A DNA stretch of 52,039 nt from an uncultured Candidatus Saccharibacteria bacterium (GTDB taxonomy: Bacteria > Patescibacteriota > Minisyncoccia > Minisyncoccales > GWA2-38-27). Positions 1 through 7,474 of the stretch are shown here, one piece after another (position 1 is the stretch's first letter; every line of letters starts with the position of its first letter). Under the pieces are notes generated by a model. The model had not been told where the DNA came from. It did no database searches and worked only from the letters and a program-made list of their open reading frames with translations. The DNA is taken from positions 1 to 52,039 of the forward strand of contig CAZDXV010000003.1 in assembly GCA_964509645.1 (NCBI GenBank), written 5' to 3'. The position numbers and the translations under genes were made by a program.

Positions 1-73
1 AGCTCCTTTTATCTGGCAAGTGTTTTCTTCCATATATTATCTATTCTATAACATCTTTTAAAAAAGAAAAGAG

Positions 74-144
74 TGGACCCAGGTGGAATCGAACCACCAT
101 TTCAGCTATGCGAAAGCTGTGTTTTGCCTTTAAACTATGGGCCC
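74..144 (-). tRNA. tRNA-Ala (anticodon CGC), no encoded CCA
   Basis: Reverse complement folds as a 71-nt cloverleaf: acceptor GGGCCCA/TGGGTCC with G3:U70 (Ala identity), anticodon loop TTCGCAT, T-arm GGTGG-TTCGATT-CCACC, discriminator A. The following bases are CTC, not CCA. Confidence 0.8.
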
Positions 145-151
145 TAGAATA

Positions 152-173
152 CAGCTTTGATTATTTTCAAAGC
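152..173. other. Perfect 7-bp hairpin (AGCTTTG-N8-CAAAGCT) in the tRNA-tRNA spacer
   Basis: Inverted repeat read directly from the sequence between the two minus-strand tRNAs. Possible processing or terminator element. Confidence 0.4.
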
Positions 174-206
174 TCTTGTAAGAATAAAAACAGCTAAAAA
201 CTCTTG

Positions 207-279
207 TCAGGATGAGAGGACTTGCACCTCCGTCCTCCGGTTCCCGAAACCGGCGTCCTTGCTGCTAGACCACATCCTG
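207..279 (-). tRNA. tRNA-Pro-like (anticodon CGG) with atypical T-loop, no encoded CCA
   Basis: Reverse complement gives a 73-nt cloverleaf: acceptor CAGGATG/CATCCTG (C1:G72, discriminator A73, as in bacterial tRNA-Pro), D-arm GTCT/GGAC, anticodon stem CCGGT/ACCGG, loop TTCGGGA (anticodon CGG, G37), T-arm GGAGG-TGCAAGT-CCTCT. The T-loop reads TGC instead of the canonical TTC (U55->G). The gene starts 1 nt after the cca stop codon. Confidence 0.6.
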
Positions 280-1725
280 TTAACTTACCCAGTACTTTTT
301 CTTTGTCATCTTATCTCTTTTCATTTCAAGTTCATTTCTTTCTTTTCTGACCTCTAAAGCTTCTTTTTCTAGTTCTTTATCAGACAATTTTCCAAGACCT
401 TCAATTTTCTCTTTTAAAAACTTCTTATTATTCTTTTTAGGATCTGAGAGCACATATCCCAAAAGAATGTCCAGAATCTGCCCTATCTTAGGCCCCGGCT
501 TTATCCCGATCATCTTCATTACATCTTCTCCTGAAACTTTAAGCTTTGTAACGGATATGGGGTCTCTAGATACTTTTTCAACCAAGTATTTAAGATGCCT
601 TAATTTATAGGGTTCTGCTTTAGGAACCCCAGAGCCGATTCTATCTGCCATCCTCACTTGTATAAGCTCTTCCATATTTTCAAGGCCCACCTTTCTTACC
701 AACCTCCTTACAGAAGATTCTGAAACCTCTCCTACGTTGTAATAGAAAAGGTGGTATCTAACCAGCTTAGCAATTTTCTCTGTGTCTTTTTTAGGGAATC
801 TTAATCTTTCTAGAATTTTATACGCCACTCTAGCTCCTACCACTTCATGATTGTAAAAAGTAGCCTCTTCTCCCCTTCCTTCTTTTACTCTGGGCTTGGC
901 TATATCATGCAAAAGAGAAGCTAATCTTACATATTTGTTAAAACCTCGCTTTGCAGCATAATCTAAAGCTCTAATGGAATGCTCGTAACAGTCGTATATA
1001 TGATGCTTGTTCTGAGAGATTTTATATCCTTCTTCAAGCTCGGGGATAACGTACTTTAAAAGAGAAAGCTTTCTTAAAAGCTCTATTCCTTGAGCCGCTC
1101 TCTCTGACATTATAATCTTCATTAATTCATCTCTGATCCTTTCTTTAGAGATAACCTTAAGCAAGGAAGAGTTTTCTTTTATGGCCTTTTCTGTTTTTTT
1201 CTCTATTTTAAAACCTAAAACTGTAGCAAACCTTACAGCTCTCATCATTCTCAAAGCATCCTCGGAAAACCTTTCTTTTGGATCTCTTACAGCTTTAATA
1301 ATGCCTTTCTCTAAATCTTCTTTTCCAGAAAAGGGATCTATAACTTCTTTTCCTCTCATGGCTATAGCATTTACTGTAAAATCCCTCCTGGCTAAATCAT
1401 CCTCTATCTTTTCTGCCCATCTTATTTTGTCAGGATGTCTTTTGTCTGTGTACTTTTCGTCTATCCTATAAGGCGTAATTTCTATTTCTCTTAAACTGGG
1501 GTCCTTAGAATCTGCCACTACTGTAACTGTTCCAAACTTATTATTAGAAAAGCTTTTAGAAAAAAGTTTTTCTATTTCTTCGGGTTTTGCGTTAGTAGCG
1601 ATATCCCAATCTTTGGGTTTCGCTTTTAGAAAGAGATCTCTAACACAGCCTCCGACTAAGTAGGCTTCATACCCCTTTTTTTTTATTTTTAACAAAACCT
1701 CTTTTATTTCTTTTGGAATCCTCAT
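280..1725 (-). CDS. cca: CCA-adding tRNA nucleotidyltransferase (Pol-beta head domain + HD domain)
   Basis: N-terminal GGCVRDLFL...DWDIAT nucleotidyltransferase motif, RRDFTVNAIAM motif, HD-type region (LLHDIAKP). Length 481 aa. Adjacent to CCA-less tRNA genes. Confidence 0.85.
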   Translation of the reverse strand: MRIPKEIKEVLLKIKKKGYEAYLVGGCVRDLFLKAKPKDWDIATNAKPEEIEKLFSKSFSNNKFGTVTVVADSKDPSLREIEITPYRIDEKYTDKRHPDKIRWAEKIEDDLARRDFTVNAIAMRGKEVIDPFSGKEDLEKGIIKAVRDPKERFSEDALRMMRAVRFATVLGFKIEKKTEKAIKENSSLLKVISKERIRDELMKIIMSERAAQGIELLRKLSLLKYVIPELEEGYKISQNKHHIYDCYEHSIRALDYAAKRGFNKYVRLASLLHDIAKPRVKEGRGEEATFYNHEVVGARVAYKILERLRFPKKDTEKIAKLVRYHLFYYNVGEVSESSVRRLVRKVGLENMEELIQVRMADRIGSGVPKAEPYKLRHLKYLVEKVSRDPISVTKLKVSGEDVMKMIGIKPGPKIGQILDILLGYVLSDPKKNNKKFLKEKIEGLGKLSDKELEKEALEVRKERNELEMKRDKMTKKKYWVS

Positions 1726-1803
1726 TATATTTAACCTTAACCCAAAAACGCTCTTTTATCAATTGATTTTCTCTTTCTTCTGTGATAGATTAAAAGAACT
1801 TTT

Positions 1804-1877
1804 ACCCCCGTAGCTCAACTGGATAGAGCGTGTGGTTTCGGCCCACAAGGTTGCGGGTTCGACTCCTGCCGGGGGTA
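1804..1877 (+). tRNA. tRNA-Arg (anticodon TCG), no encoded CCA
   Basis: 74-nt cloverleaf: acceptor ACCCCCG/CGGGGGT, D-arm GCTC-AACTGGATA-GAGC, anticodon stem TGTGG/CCACA, loop TTTCGGC, T-arm GCGGG-TTCGACT-CCTGC, discriminator A. Followed by CAA. Confidence 0.75.
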
Positions 1878-1965
1878 CAAAACAGCATCCGCCCGCCTCC
1901 ATCAGCTAGGGCGAGCAATCAAAGAGCAGCTCTTCTCCAAGATTTTCTCTTTAAGCGTAAAGCGC

Positions 1966-1994
1966 TTGACAGAAAACTATAAAAAAGTTAAAAT
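1966..1994 (+). promoter_or_regulatory. Near-consensus sigma70-type promoter (TTGACA-17 nt-TAAAAT)
   Basis: TTGACA at 1966-1971, a 17-nt spacer, TAAAAT at 1989-1994. Sits upstream of the small ORF 2022-2117. Confidence 0.5.
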
Positions 1995-2021
1995 GTCTAT
2001 GTTTTAGAACCTTGAAAGGAA

Positions 2022-2117
2022 ATGGAAATGAACCAAAAGAAAAGCTGGAAAAGGTTTTTTTGGGTTTTTGTCATCTTAGTTATTATCGTTTTTGCTGTAT
2101 TGCTCTGTCAAGGATAA
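2022..2117 (+). CDS. Small hydrophobic peptide (31 aa, MEMNQKKSWKRFFWVFVILVIIVFAVLLCQG), single predicted TM
   Basis: ATG preceded by AAAGGAAA (RBS-like), then a 31-codon ORF, bracketed by a consensus promoter upstream and a rho-independent terminator downstream. Not in the supplied ORF track (too short). Confidence 0.45.
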   Translation: MEMNQKKSWKRFFWVFVILVIIVFAVLLCQG

Positions 2118-2124
2118 CAAAAAA

Positions 2125-2150
2125 GGGCAAGGTATACTTGCCCTTTTATT
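2125..2150 (+). terminator. Rho-independent terminator (GGGCAAG-GTATA-CTTGCCC + TTTTATTT)
   Basis: Perfect 7-bp GC-rich stem, 5-nt loop and a T-tract immediately after the small ORF. Confidence 0.6.
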
Positions 2151-2175
2151 TATAGGTATAGTATAATAGAGAAAC

Positions 2176-3045
2176 ATGAAAAAAATACTATTTCTTTTAA
2201 TAATCTTTTCCGCCTTATTCTTGGTAATAGGAGGGGCTTCTGCTGATACAAGAATAGGATGTCCATCCGAAGGTCTTGTTCCCTGCGGGACAGAGGGATG
2301 TCCCTGCACCCTATGCGACCTTTTTGTAATGTTCTCCAGAATAATTAATTATGTTTTATTCGAGATAGTTCCTGTTGTAGCGGTATTAATGATAGCCATA
2401 GGAGGATTCATGTTTATGTTAGCTTACGCAGGAAAAGGAGGTCCGGACACCCTATCTAAGGCTAGAGCGCTATTAAAATCTGTAGCAATAGGCCTTATTC
2501 TTATCTATGCTGCTTGGATTATAATTAATAGTTTCTTTATGGTAATAGGAGTAAATGAATGGACGGGGCTGAGAGAGGGATGGTGGAAAATAGATTGTGA
2601 ATCTTCTGTTCCCTCATCAGGATCAAGTCCGAATTATAATACGCCTTCTTCAAAAAAATCCTCTCCCACCCCCCAGCAAACTACACCATCTAGAGAAAAG
2701 CCAAAAATAGGAGAAGTAATTTCTGTAAAAGATAGGGTGGACGTCGCATTGATAGGAAGTGATGAAATTACGGTAAACACACAAGTGAAAAATACTAGCG
2801 GCGAATCTAAAAAATACAGAGCCATACTCTGGGATGGCATACTCTTGCAGGGGGAGGAAGGGAAGCTTGTCCAAAAGGGAGGTTGGGTTACGATTAAGCC
2901 TGGGAAGACTAAAACAATTAAGGTAAGCACTGACTGGAAGAAGAGCAGTATAGATGACTTTACAAAAGACCACTACACAATTACAGTATCTGAGGAGGGA
3001 GGCGAAACAATTGGAAGGATTGCAAGGCTTATCCCCTCTCATTAA
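2176..3045 (+). CDS. Secreted pilin-like protein: signal peptide, Cys-rich segment, two-helix hydrophobic hairpin (VirB2/TrbC-like), Ser/Pro-rich linker and a C-terminal beta-rich domain
   Basis: N-terminal signal peptide, CPSEGLVPCGTEGCPCTLC motif, then YxxxxxxVxxxAVxxIAIGGFMFMLAYAGKGGPDTLSKARALLKSVAIGLILIYAAWII. This helix-loop-helix module is shared with the three tandem paralogs at 19975-26706. A promoter-like TTGCCC-18-TATAAT lies at 2138-2167. Confidence 0.55.
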   Translation: MKKILFLLIIFSALFLVIGGASADTRIGCPSEGLVPCGTEGCPCTLCDLFVMFSRIINYVLFEIVPVVAVLMIAIGGFMFMLAYAGKGGPDTLSKARALLKSVAIGLILIYAAWIIINSFFMVIGVNEWTGLREGWWKIDCESSVPSSGSSPNYNTPSSKKSSPTPQQTTPSREKPKIGEVISVKDRVDVALIGSDEITVNTQVKNTSGESKKYRAILWDGILLQGEEGKLVQKGGWVTIKPGKTKTIKVSTDWKKSSIDDFTKDHYTITVSEEGGETIGRIARLIPSH

Positions 3046-3049
3046 GCAA

Positions 3050-3122
3050 GCCCCCATAACTCAATCGGAAGAGTAGCTGCCTCTTAAGCAGTTTGTTCTA
3101 GGTTCGAGCCCTAGTGGGGGCA
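3050..3122 (+). tRNA. tRNA-Lys (anticodon CTT), no encoded CCA
   Basis: 73-nt cloverleaf: acceptor GCCCCCA/TGGGGGC, D-arm ACTC/GAGT, anticodon stem GCTGC/GCAGT, loop CTCTTAA, T-arm CTAGG-TTCGAGC-CCTAG, discriminator A. Confidence 0.8.
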
Positions 3123-3166
3123 CTCTTTACCTTTTTGTTTTAAAAATGTAAAATATAAAGTGAAAT

Positions 3167-3433
3167 ATGCTTACACAAGAAGAAAAAACACAAATTATAG
3201 AGAAGTACAAACTTCACGGTACAGATACGGGTTCCGCTGAAGTTCAAATAGCCCTGTTAACAGAAGAAATAAACAGGCTTCTTTCTCATCTAAAAAAACA
3301 TGCTAAAGACCTTCATTCCAAAAGAGGTCTTTTGAAAATGGTTTCCAAAAGAAGAAAGCTTTTGAAGTACCTAAAAGAAGAAGATGAAAAGAAATATAAG
3401 AGCCTGGTCAAAAAAATCGGGCTTAAGAAGTAA
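3167..3433 (+). CDS. rpsO: 30S ribosomal protein S15
   Basis: 88 aa. LTQEEK...[55 protein letters not shown] is a typical S15. Confidence 0.9.
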   Translation: MLTQEEKTQIIEKYKLHGTDTGSAEVQIALLTEEINRLLSHLKKHAKDLHSKRGLLKMVSKRRKLLKYLKEEDEKKYKSLVKKIGLKK

Positions 3434-3937
3434 ATGGTAATAAAGCACAGCGGACAAAGAGTAGGCGTTCTGATAGATGTCCAAAACCTGTATCATTCGG
3501 CTAAAAATCTCTACGGAGCCCGGGTCAACTTCAGAGAAATTCTAAAGCTGGCTGTCAGCAAAAGAAATCTCATCCGGGCTTTTGCTTATGTTGTAAGAAC
3601 AAAAACAGGAGAAGAAAAGGCCTTTCACGAAGCCCTATCCAAGCTGGGCATTGAAATGAGAACCAAAGACCTTCAGGAGTTTTACGGAGGAGCTAAAAAA
3701 GCCGACTGGGATGTGGGTTTGGCAGTTGACGCCATAAAACTGGCTTCCAACACAGACGCGCTGGTTTTGGTTTCAGGCGACGGAGACTTTGTTCCTTTAG
3801 TTGAATATCTTAAAAACCAAGGTAAAAGAGTTGAAGTTTTGGCTTTTGGAAGATCTGCTTCCTCCCATTTGAGAGAAGAAGCAGACGAGTTTATAGATTT
3901 AGAAAAATCACATAATAAGTTTTTGTTAAAAAAATGA
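3434..3937 (+). CDS. NYN-domain (LabA-like, PIN-fold) putative ribonuclease
   Basis: 167 aa with GVLIDVQNLY...AFAYV...DWDVGLAVDAIKLA...LVLVSGDGDFVPLVEYLKNQGKRVEV, the NYN/LabA pattern. Start abuts the rpsO stop and the end overlaps the pnp start (ATGA). Confidence 0.7.
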   Translation: MVIKHSGQRVGVLIDVQNLYHSAKNLYGARVNFREILKLAVSKRNLIRAFAYVVRTKTGEEKAFHEALSKLGIEMRTKDLQEFYGGAKKADWDVGLAVDAIKLASNTDALVLVSGDGDFVPLVEYLKNQGKRVEVLAFGRSASSHLREEADEFIDLEKSHNKFLLKK

Positions 3938-6033
3938 AAGAAGAAAAATTTACTTTAAACGCAGGAGGAAAAGAAATAATTGTAGAAAAAAAAGATCTGG
4001 CAGAACAGGCCAACGGAAGTATTTTTGTAAGATGCGGAGATACTTTGGTAATGGTTACCGCTGTCATGGGAGAAACAAAAGAAGATCTCGGTTTTTTCCC
4101 TTTAAAAGTAGAATACGAAGAGAAATATTATGCTGCAGGAAAGATAAAAGGCTCCCGCTTTATAAAAAGAGAAGGAAGACCCTCAGATGAAGCTGTTTGC
4201 AACGCCAGATTAATAGACCGAGCCATTAGGCCTCAGTTTCCAAAAGGATTTAAGGCTGAAACCCAAGTAATAGCAACTATTCTTTCCTGGGATGGAGAAA
4301 ATGATCCTGATGTTTTAGGGTTAATCGGAGCTTCACTAGCTCTTTCTATTTCCGACATTCCCTGGGGAGGACCTTTAAGCTCTGTAAGAATAGCCAAAAA
4401 AGACGGTGAATACATCATCAACCCAGGATACAAAGAGAGAGAAGAAAACGAACTAGACGTAGTGTTTACCGGAACCATGAAAGGCGGTAAGCTCTTGATC
4501 AATATGATAGAGGGAGACTTTGAACAGATTGACGAAAAATCTGTAATGGAAGCTTATTCTAAAGCAGAACAAACCCTAAAGGAAATGATAGAATTTCAAG
4601 AAGAACTTAAAAAGAAAATAGGAAAAGAAAAAGCCGCTTTCGAGGCTCCTTCTTTCCCAGAACTAGAAAAAGAACTTAAAGACCTTTTAGGGGAAAGATT
4701 AGAAAAAGCTGTTTTTCAGGAAGATAAAGCTAAAAGATCAGAAAATTTAAAATCTTTAAAAGAAGAGGTGCTTTCTTTTGTTAAAGAAAAATACCCAGAA
4801 GACAAAGAAAAGCTCACTTATTCTTTGGACTTTCTAGAAGAAGAAACTGATAGATTAATACATAAAAATGTTTTACAATTAGATAAGAGAGCTGATGGAA
4901 GAAAACTTGATCAAGTAAGAGAGATTGAATGCCAGACAGGACTTATTCCCAGAGCCCACGGATCAGGCCTTTTCTGCAGGGGAATTACCAAAGGACTCTC
5001 TATACTCACACTAGGATCTCCCGGAGAAAGCCAGCTCCTAGAAGGGATGGAGATTGTAGGGAAAAAGAGATTTATGCATCATTACAATTTTCCTCCTTAT
5101 TCTGCCGGAGAAGCCAAGCCTCTGCGAGGTCCAGGCAGAAGAGAAATAGGACACGGAACTCTAGTTGAAAGAGCTTTAAGACCTATAATCCCTGAGTTTG
5201 AAACCTTCCCTTATACCATAAGAATAGTAACTGAAATATTGTCTTCCAATGGGTCTACTTCTATGGCTTCTGTCTCCAGTTCTTCTTTGGCCCTGATGGA
5301 CGCCGGAGTGCCGGTAGAAAGCCCTGTTGCCGGAATAGCTATAGGCCTTATACAAGACAACGAAGAAAACTACAAGCTCTTAACAGATATTCAAGGACCT
5401 GAAGACCATCACGGAGATATGGACTTTAAGGTGGCCGGAACTAAAAAGGGGATTACAGCAATCCAAATGGATGTTAAAATAGATGGTATAACGGCGGAAA
5501 TAATAGAAAAGACCCTAGAAGAGGCCAAAAAGGCAAGAATAGGAATACTGGAGAAAATAGAAAAGACTTTGCCCCAATCCAGAGAAAAGCTTTCCCCCTA
5601 CGCGCCGAAGATCCTTACTATTGAAATAAATCCTGAAAAGATAGGCAGCGTTATAGGCCCCGGAGGGAAAACCATCAACGGAATAATAGACGATACTGGA
5701 GCTGAAATAGATATTGAAGATTCTGGAAGAATATTCGTTACAGCAGAGAAAGAAGAGGCGGCGCAAAAAGCTTTGGAAACTATAAAAAACATAACCAGAG
5801 AAGTTGAAAAAGGAGAAACATTTGAGGGAGAAGTTACAAAAATTACAGACTTTGGAGCTTTTGTAAGGATTTTTCCGGGGCAAGAAGGCCTTGTCCACAT
5901 TTCTAAGCTTGCCAAAGGAAGAGTAAACAAGGTTAGGGACGTGGTTAACACGGGAGACAAGGTTTCGGTAAAAGTTCTTTCTGTGGACGACCAAGGAAAA
6001 ATAGACCTCTTGCTACTAAAAAATAATAAATAA
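3934..6033 (+). CDS. pnp: Polyribonucleotide nucleotidyltransferase (PNPase), two RNase PH domains + KH + S1
   Basis: 699 aa with typical N-terminus. KH region (EINPEKIGSVIGPGGKTI) and S1 region (GEVTKITDFGAFVRIFPGQEGLVHISKLA) are present. Confidence 0.9.
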   Translation: MKEEKFTLNAGGKEIIVEKKDLAEQANGSIFVRCGDTLVMVTAVMGETKEDLGFFPLKVEYEEKYYAAGKIKGSRFIKREGRPSDEAVCNARLIDRAIRPQFPKGFKAETQVIATILSWDGENDPDVLGLIGASLALSISDIPWGGPLSSVRIAKKDGEYIINPGYKEREENELDVVFTGTMKGGKLLINMIEGDFEQIDEKSVMEAYSKAEQTLKEMIEFQEELKKKIGKEKAAFEAPSFPELEKELKDLLGERLEKAVFQEDKAKRSENLKSLKEEVLSFVKEKYPEDKEKLTYSLDFLEEETDRLIHKNVLQLDKRADGRKLDQVREIECQTGLIPRAHGSGLFCRGITKGLSILTLGSPGESQLLEGMEIVGKKRFMHHYNFPPYSAGEAKPLRGPGRREIGHGTLVERALRPIIPEFETFPYTIRIVTEILSSNGSTSMASVSSSSLALMDAGVPVESPVAGIAIGLIQDNEENYKLLTDIQGPEDHHGDMDFKVAGTKKGITAIQMDVKIDGITAEIIEKTLEEAKKARIGILEKIEKTLPQSREKLSPYAPKILTIEINPEKIGSVIGPGGKTINGIIDDTGAEIDIEDSGRIFVTAEKEEAAQKALETIKNITREVEKGETFEGEVTKITDFGAFVRIFPGQEGLVHISKLAKGRVNKVRDVVNTGDKVSVKVLSVDDQGKIDLLLLKNNK

Positions 6034-6045
6034 TTTAATAATTTT

Positions 6046-7470
6046 ATGGCCCAAAAAGACAACAAAAATATCCAAACAATGAAAAAGGATATTGAACGGG
6101 CTAAAAAAGGAGGCCTTCCTAAAGAAGAACCAGAAGAAGAGACTCAAGAAGTTCCTAAGAAAGAACCTTATCAGGAAAAAGATCCAGTAAAAGAAAACAA
6201 GGAAAAGCAAGAAGCTGAAGAAGAAAGAAAGAAAGAGGAGGAAGCCAAAAGAAAAGCTGAAGAAGAAAGAAAGGAGGAGGAGGAGGCCAAAAGAAAAGCT
6301 GAAGAAGAAAAGAAGGAAGAGGAAGAAAGAAAGAAAAGAGAGGAAGAGGAAGAAAGAAAGAAAAGAGAGGAAGAAGAGGAAAGAAAGAGAGATCCTAAAT
6401 ATAAAAAACAAATCCTTTTAGAAGAAAAGGAGGTTTTGAAGCAAAAAGAAAACGAACTGAAAAACAAGCTTCAAGAAGTGTTCGATAAAAAAGCCCCTCT
6501 ATCTCAAGAAAAAGAAACTCTTCAAAAAGAAATAGACAACACCGAAGCAAAGTTTACGGTTGTCTCTAAAAGAGAAGAGAAGCTGGAAGAAAGGCTTAAA
6601 GATTTAGAAGAGAAAGAGAAAGAGGCTTCAAATGAAAGAAAAAAGAGAAAAATTGAAAAAGAAAGGTGGAACGTGGAAGAAAAAAGAAGAGAACAAGAAA
6701 AGAAAAGGTGGCCTTGGGATAAAAAAATAAGCGAATTTCAGGCTAAAACAAAAGAGATAGACAGAAAATTGGAAGAGTTTCAGCGCCAAGAAAAAGAAAC
6801 TCAAGAAGAGATGTCTCAAATAGAAGAAAAAAAGAAAGAAATAGATATGGAAATAGAGAAAATGGATCTTAAAATAAAATTAGAAAGAATAGAAAGTGTT
6901 AAGTCTTCTCTTGCAAAGGAAAAAGAGAAAGCCCAGGAGAAATTTAACGAGGTTAAAAGCGCTTTAGAAAAAACAAGAGAAGAAGAAAAGCAAATAGAAG
7001 AAGACAAAAAACTCATAGAAGACGAGGAGGAAATAACAGACGATCTTAAAGAAAAGCAAAAACTGGAAAAAGAAAGATGGGCCATAGAAGATAAAAGGAA
7101 AGAGAAGGAGAAAGAAAGATGGGATCTTGAAAACCAGAAAAAGCAGGCAGAAAATAAGATTGAGGACAGCGAAAAAAGAAGACAGGATATCCTAAGTCAA
7201 GCTGCTAGTATTCTAGATAGAATAAAGGAGATAGACACTGCTATCTCAGGAGAGCCCGAGAAGGCTCCGGAAAGAACTTCAGAGCCCCCCAAAGAGAAAG
7301 AGCTCCAAGAGAAACCTAAAGAAGTTTCAGAAAAACCTGAGGAAAAAGAAAATGAGAAAGCTCCGGAAATAACTTCAGAGCCCCCCGAGGAGAAAGAGCC
7401 CAGAGAGTTAGAAGAAGAAACCCCTAAAAAAGAAAAGCCCGATCTTTCGGACTTAGATTTTAAGATATAA
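6046..7470 (+). CDS. Highly charged K/E/R-rich coiled-coil protein with repeated EKERW...KERW motifs; no TM
   Basis: 474 aa that are almost entirely E/K/R, with predicted coiled coil and a proline-rich acidic C-terminus. Purine-rich coding DNA gives spurious antisense ORFs. Confidence 0.6.
   Translation: MAQKDNKNIQTMKKDIERAKKGGLPKEEPEEETQEVPKKEPYQEKDPVKENKEKQEAEEERKKEEEAKRKAEEERKEEEEAKRKAEEEKKEEEERKKREEEEERKKREEEEERKRDPKYKKQILLEEKEVLKQKENELKNKLQEVFDKKAPLSQEKETLQKEIDNTEAKFTVVSKREEKLEERLKDLEEKEKEASNERKKRKIEKERWNVEEKRREQEKKRWPWDKKISEFQAKTKEIDRKLEEFQRQEKETQEEMSQIEEKKKEIDMEIEKMDLKIKLERIESVKSSLAKEKEKAQEKFNEVKSALEKTREEEKQIEEDKKLIEDEEEITDDLKEKQKLEKERWAIEDKRKEKEKERWDLENQKKQAENKIEDSEKRRQDILSQAASILDRIKEIDTAISGEPEKAPERTSEPPKEKELQEKPKEVSEKPEEKENEKAPEITSEPPEEKEPRELEEETPKKEKPDLSDLDFKI
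6220..6400. repeat. Intragenic tandem purine-rich repeats (~42-nt units encoding EEAKRKAEEERKxE, and ~27-30-nt units encoding EERKKREEE)
   Basis: Direct repeats are visible in the sequence: gaggaagccaaaagaaaagctgaagaagaaa x2, and gaagaaagaaagaaaagagaggaag x2. Confidence 0.6.
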
Positions 7471-7474
7471 AAAT

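Noticed and set aside
157-357. 66-aa plus-strand ORF
   Set aside because: It overlaps the tRNA-Pro-like gene and the 3' end of cca on the opposite strand. No RBS.
2076-2309. 77-aa minus-strand ORF
   Set aside because: It overlaps the terminator, the promoter and the start of the pilin-like gene. The product is low-complexity.
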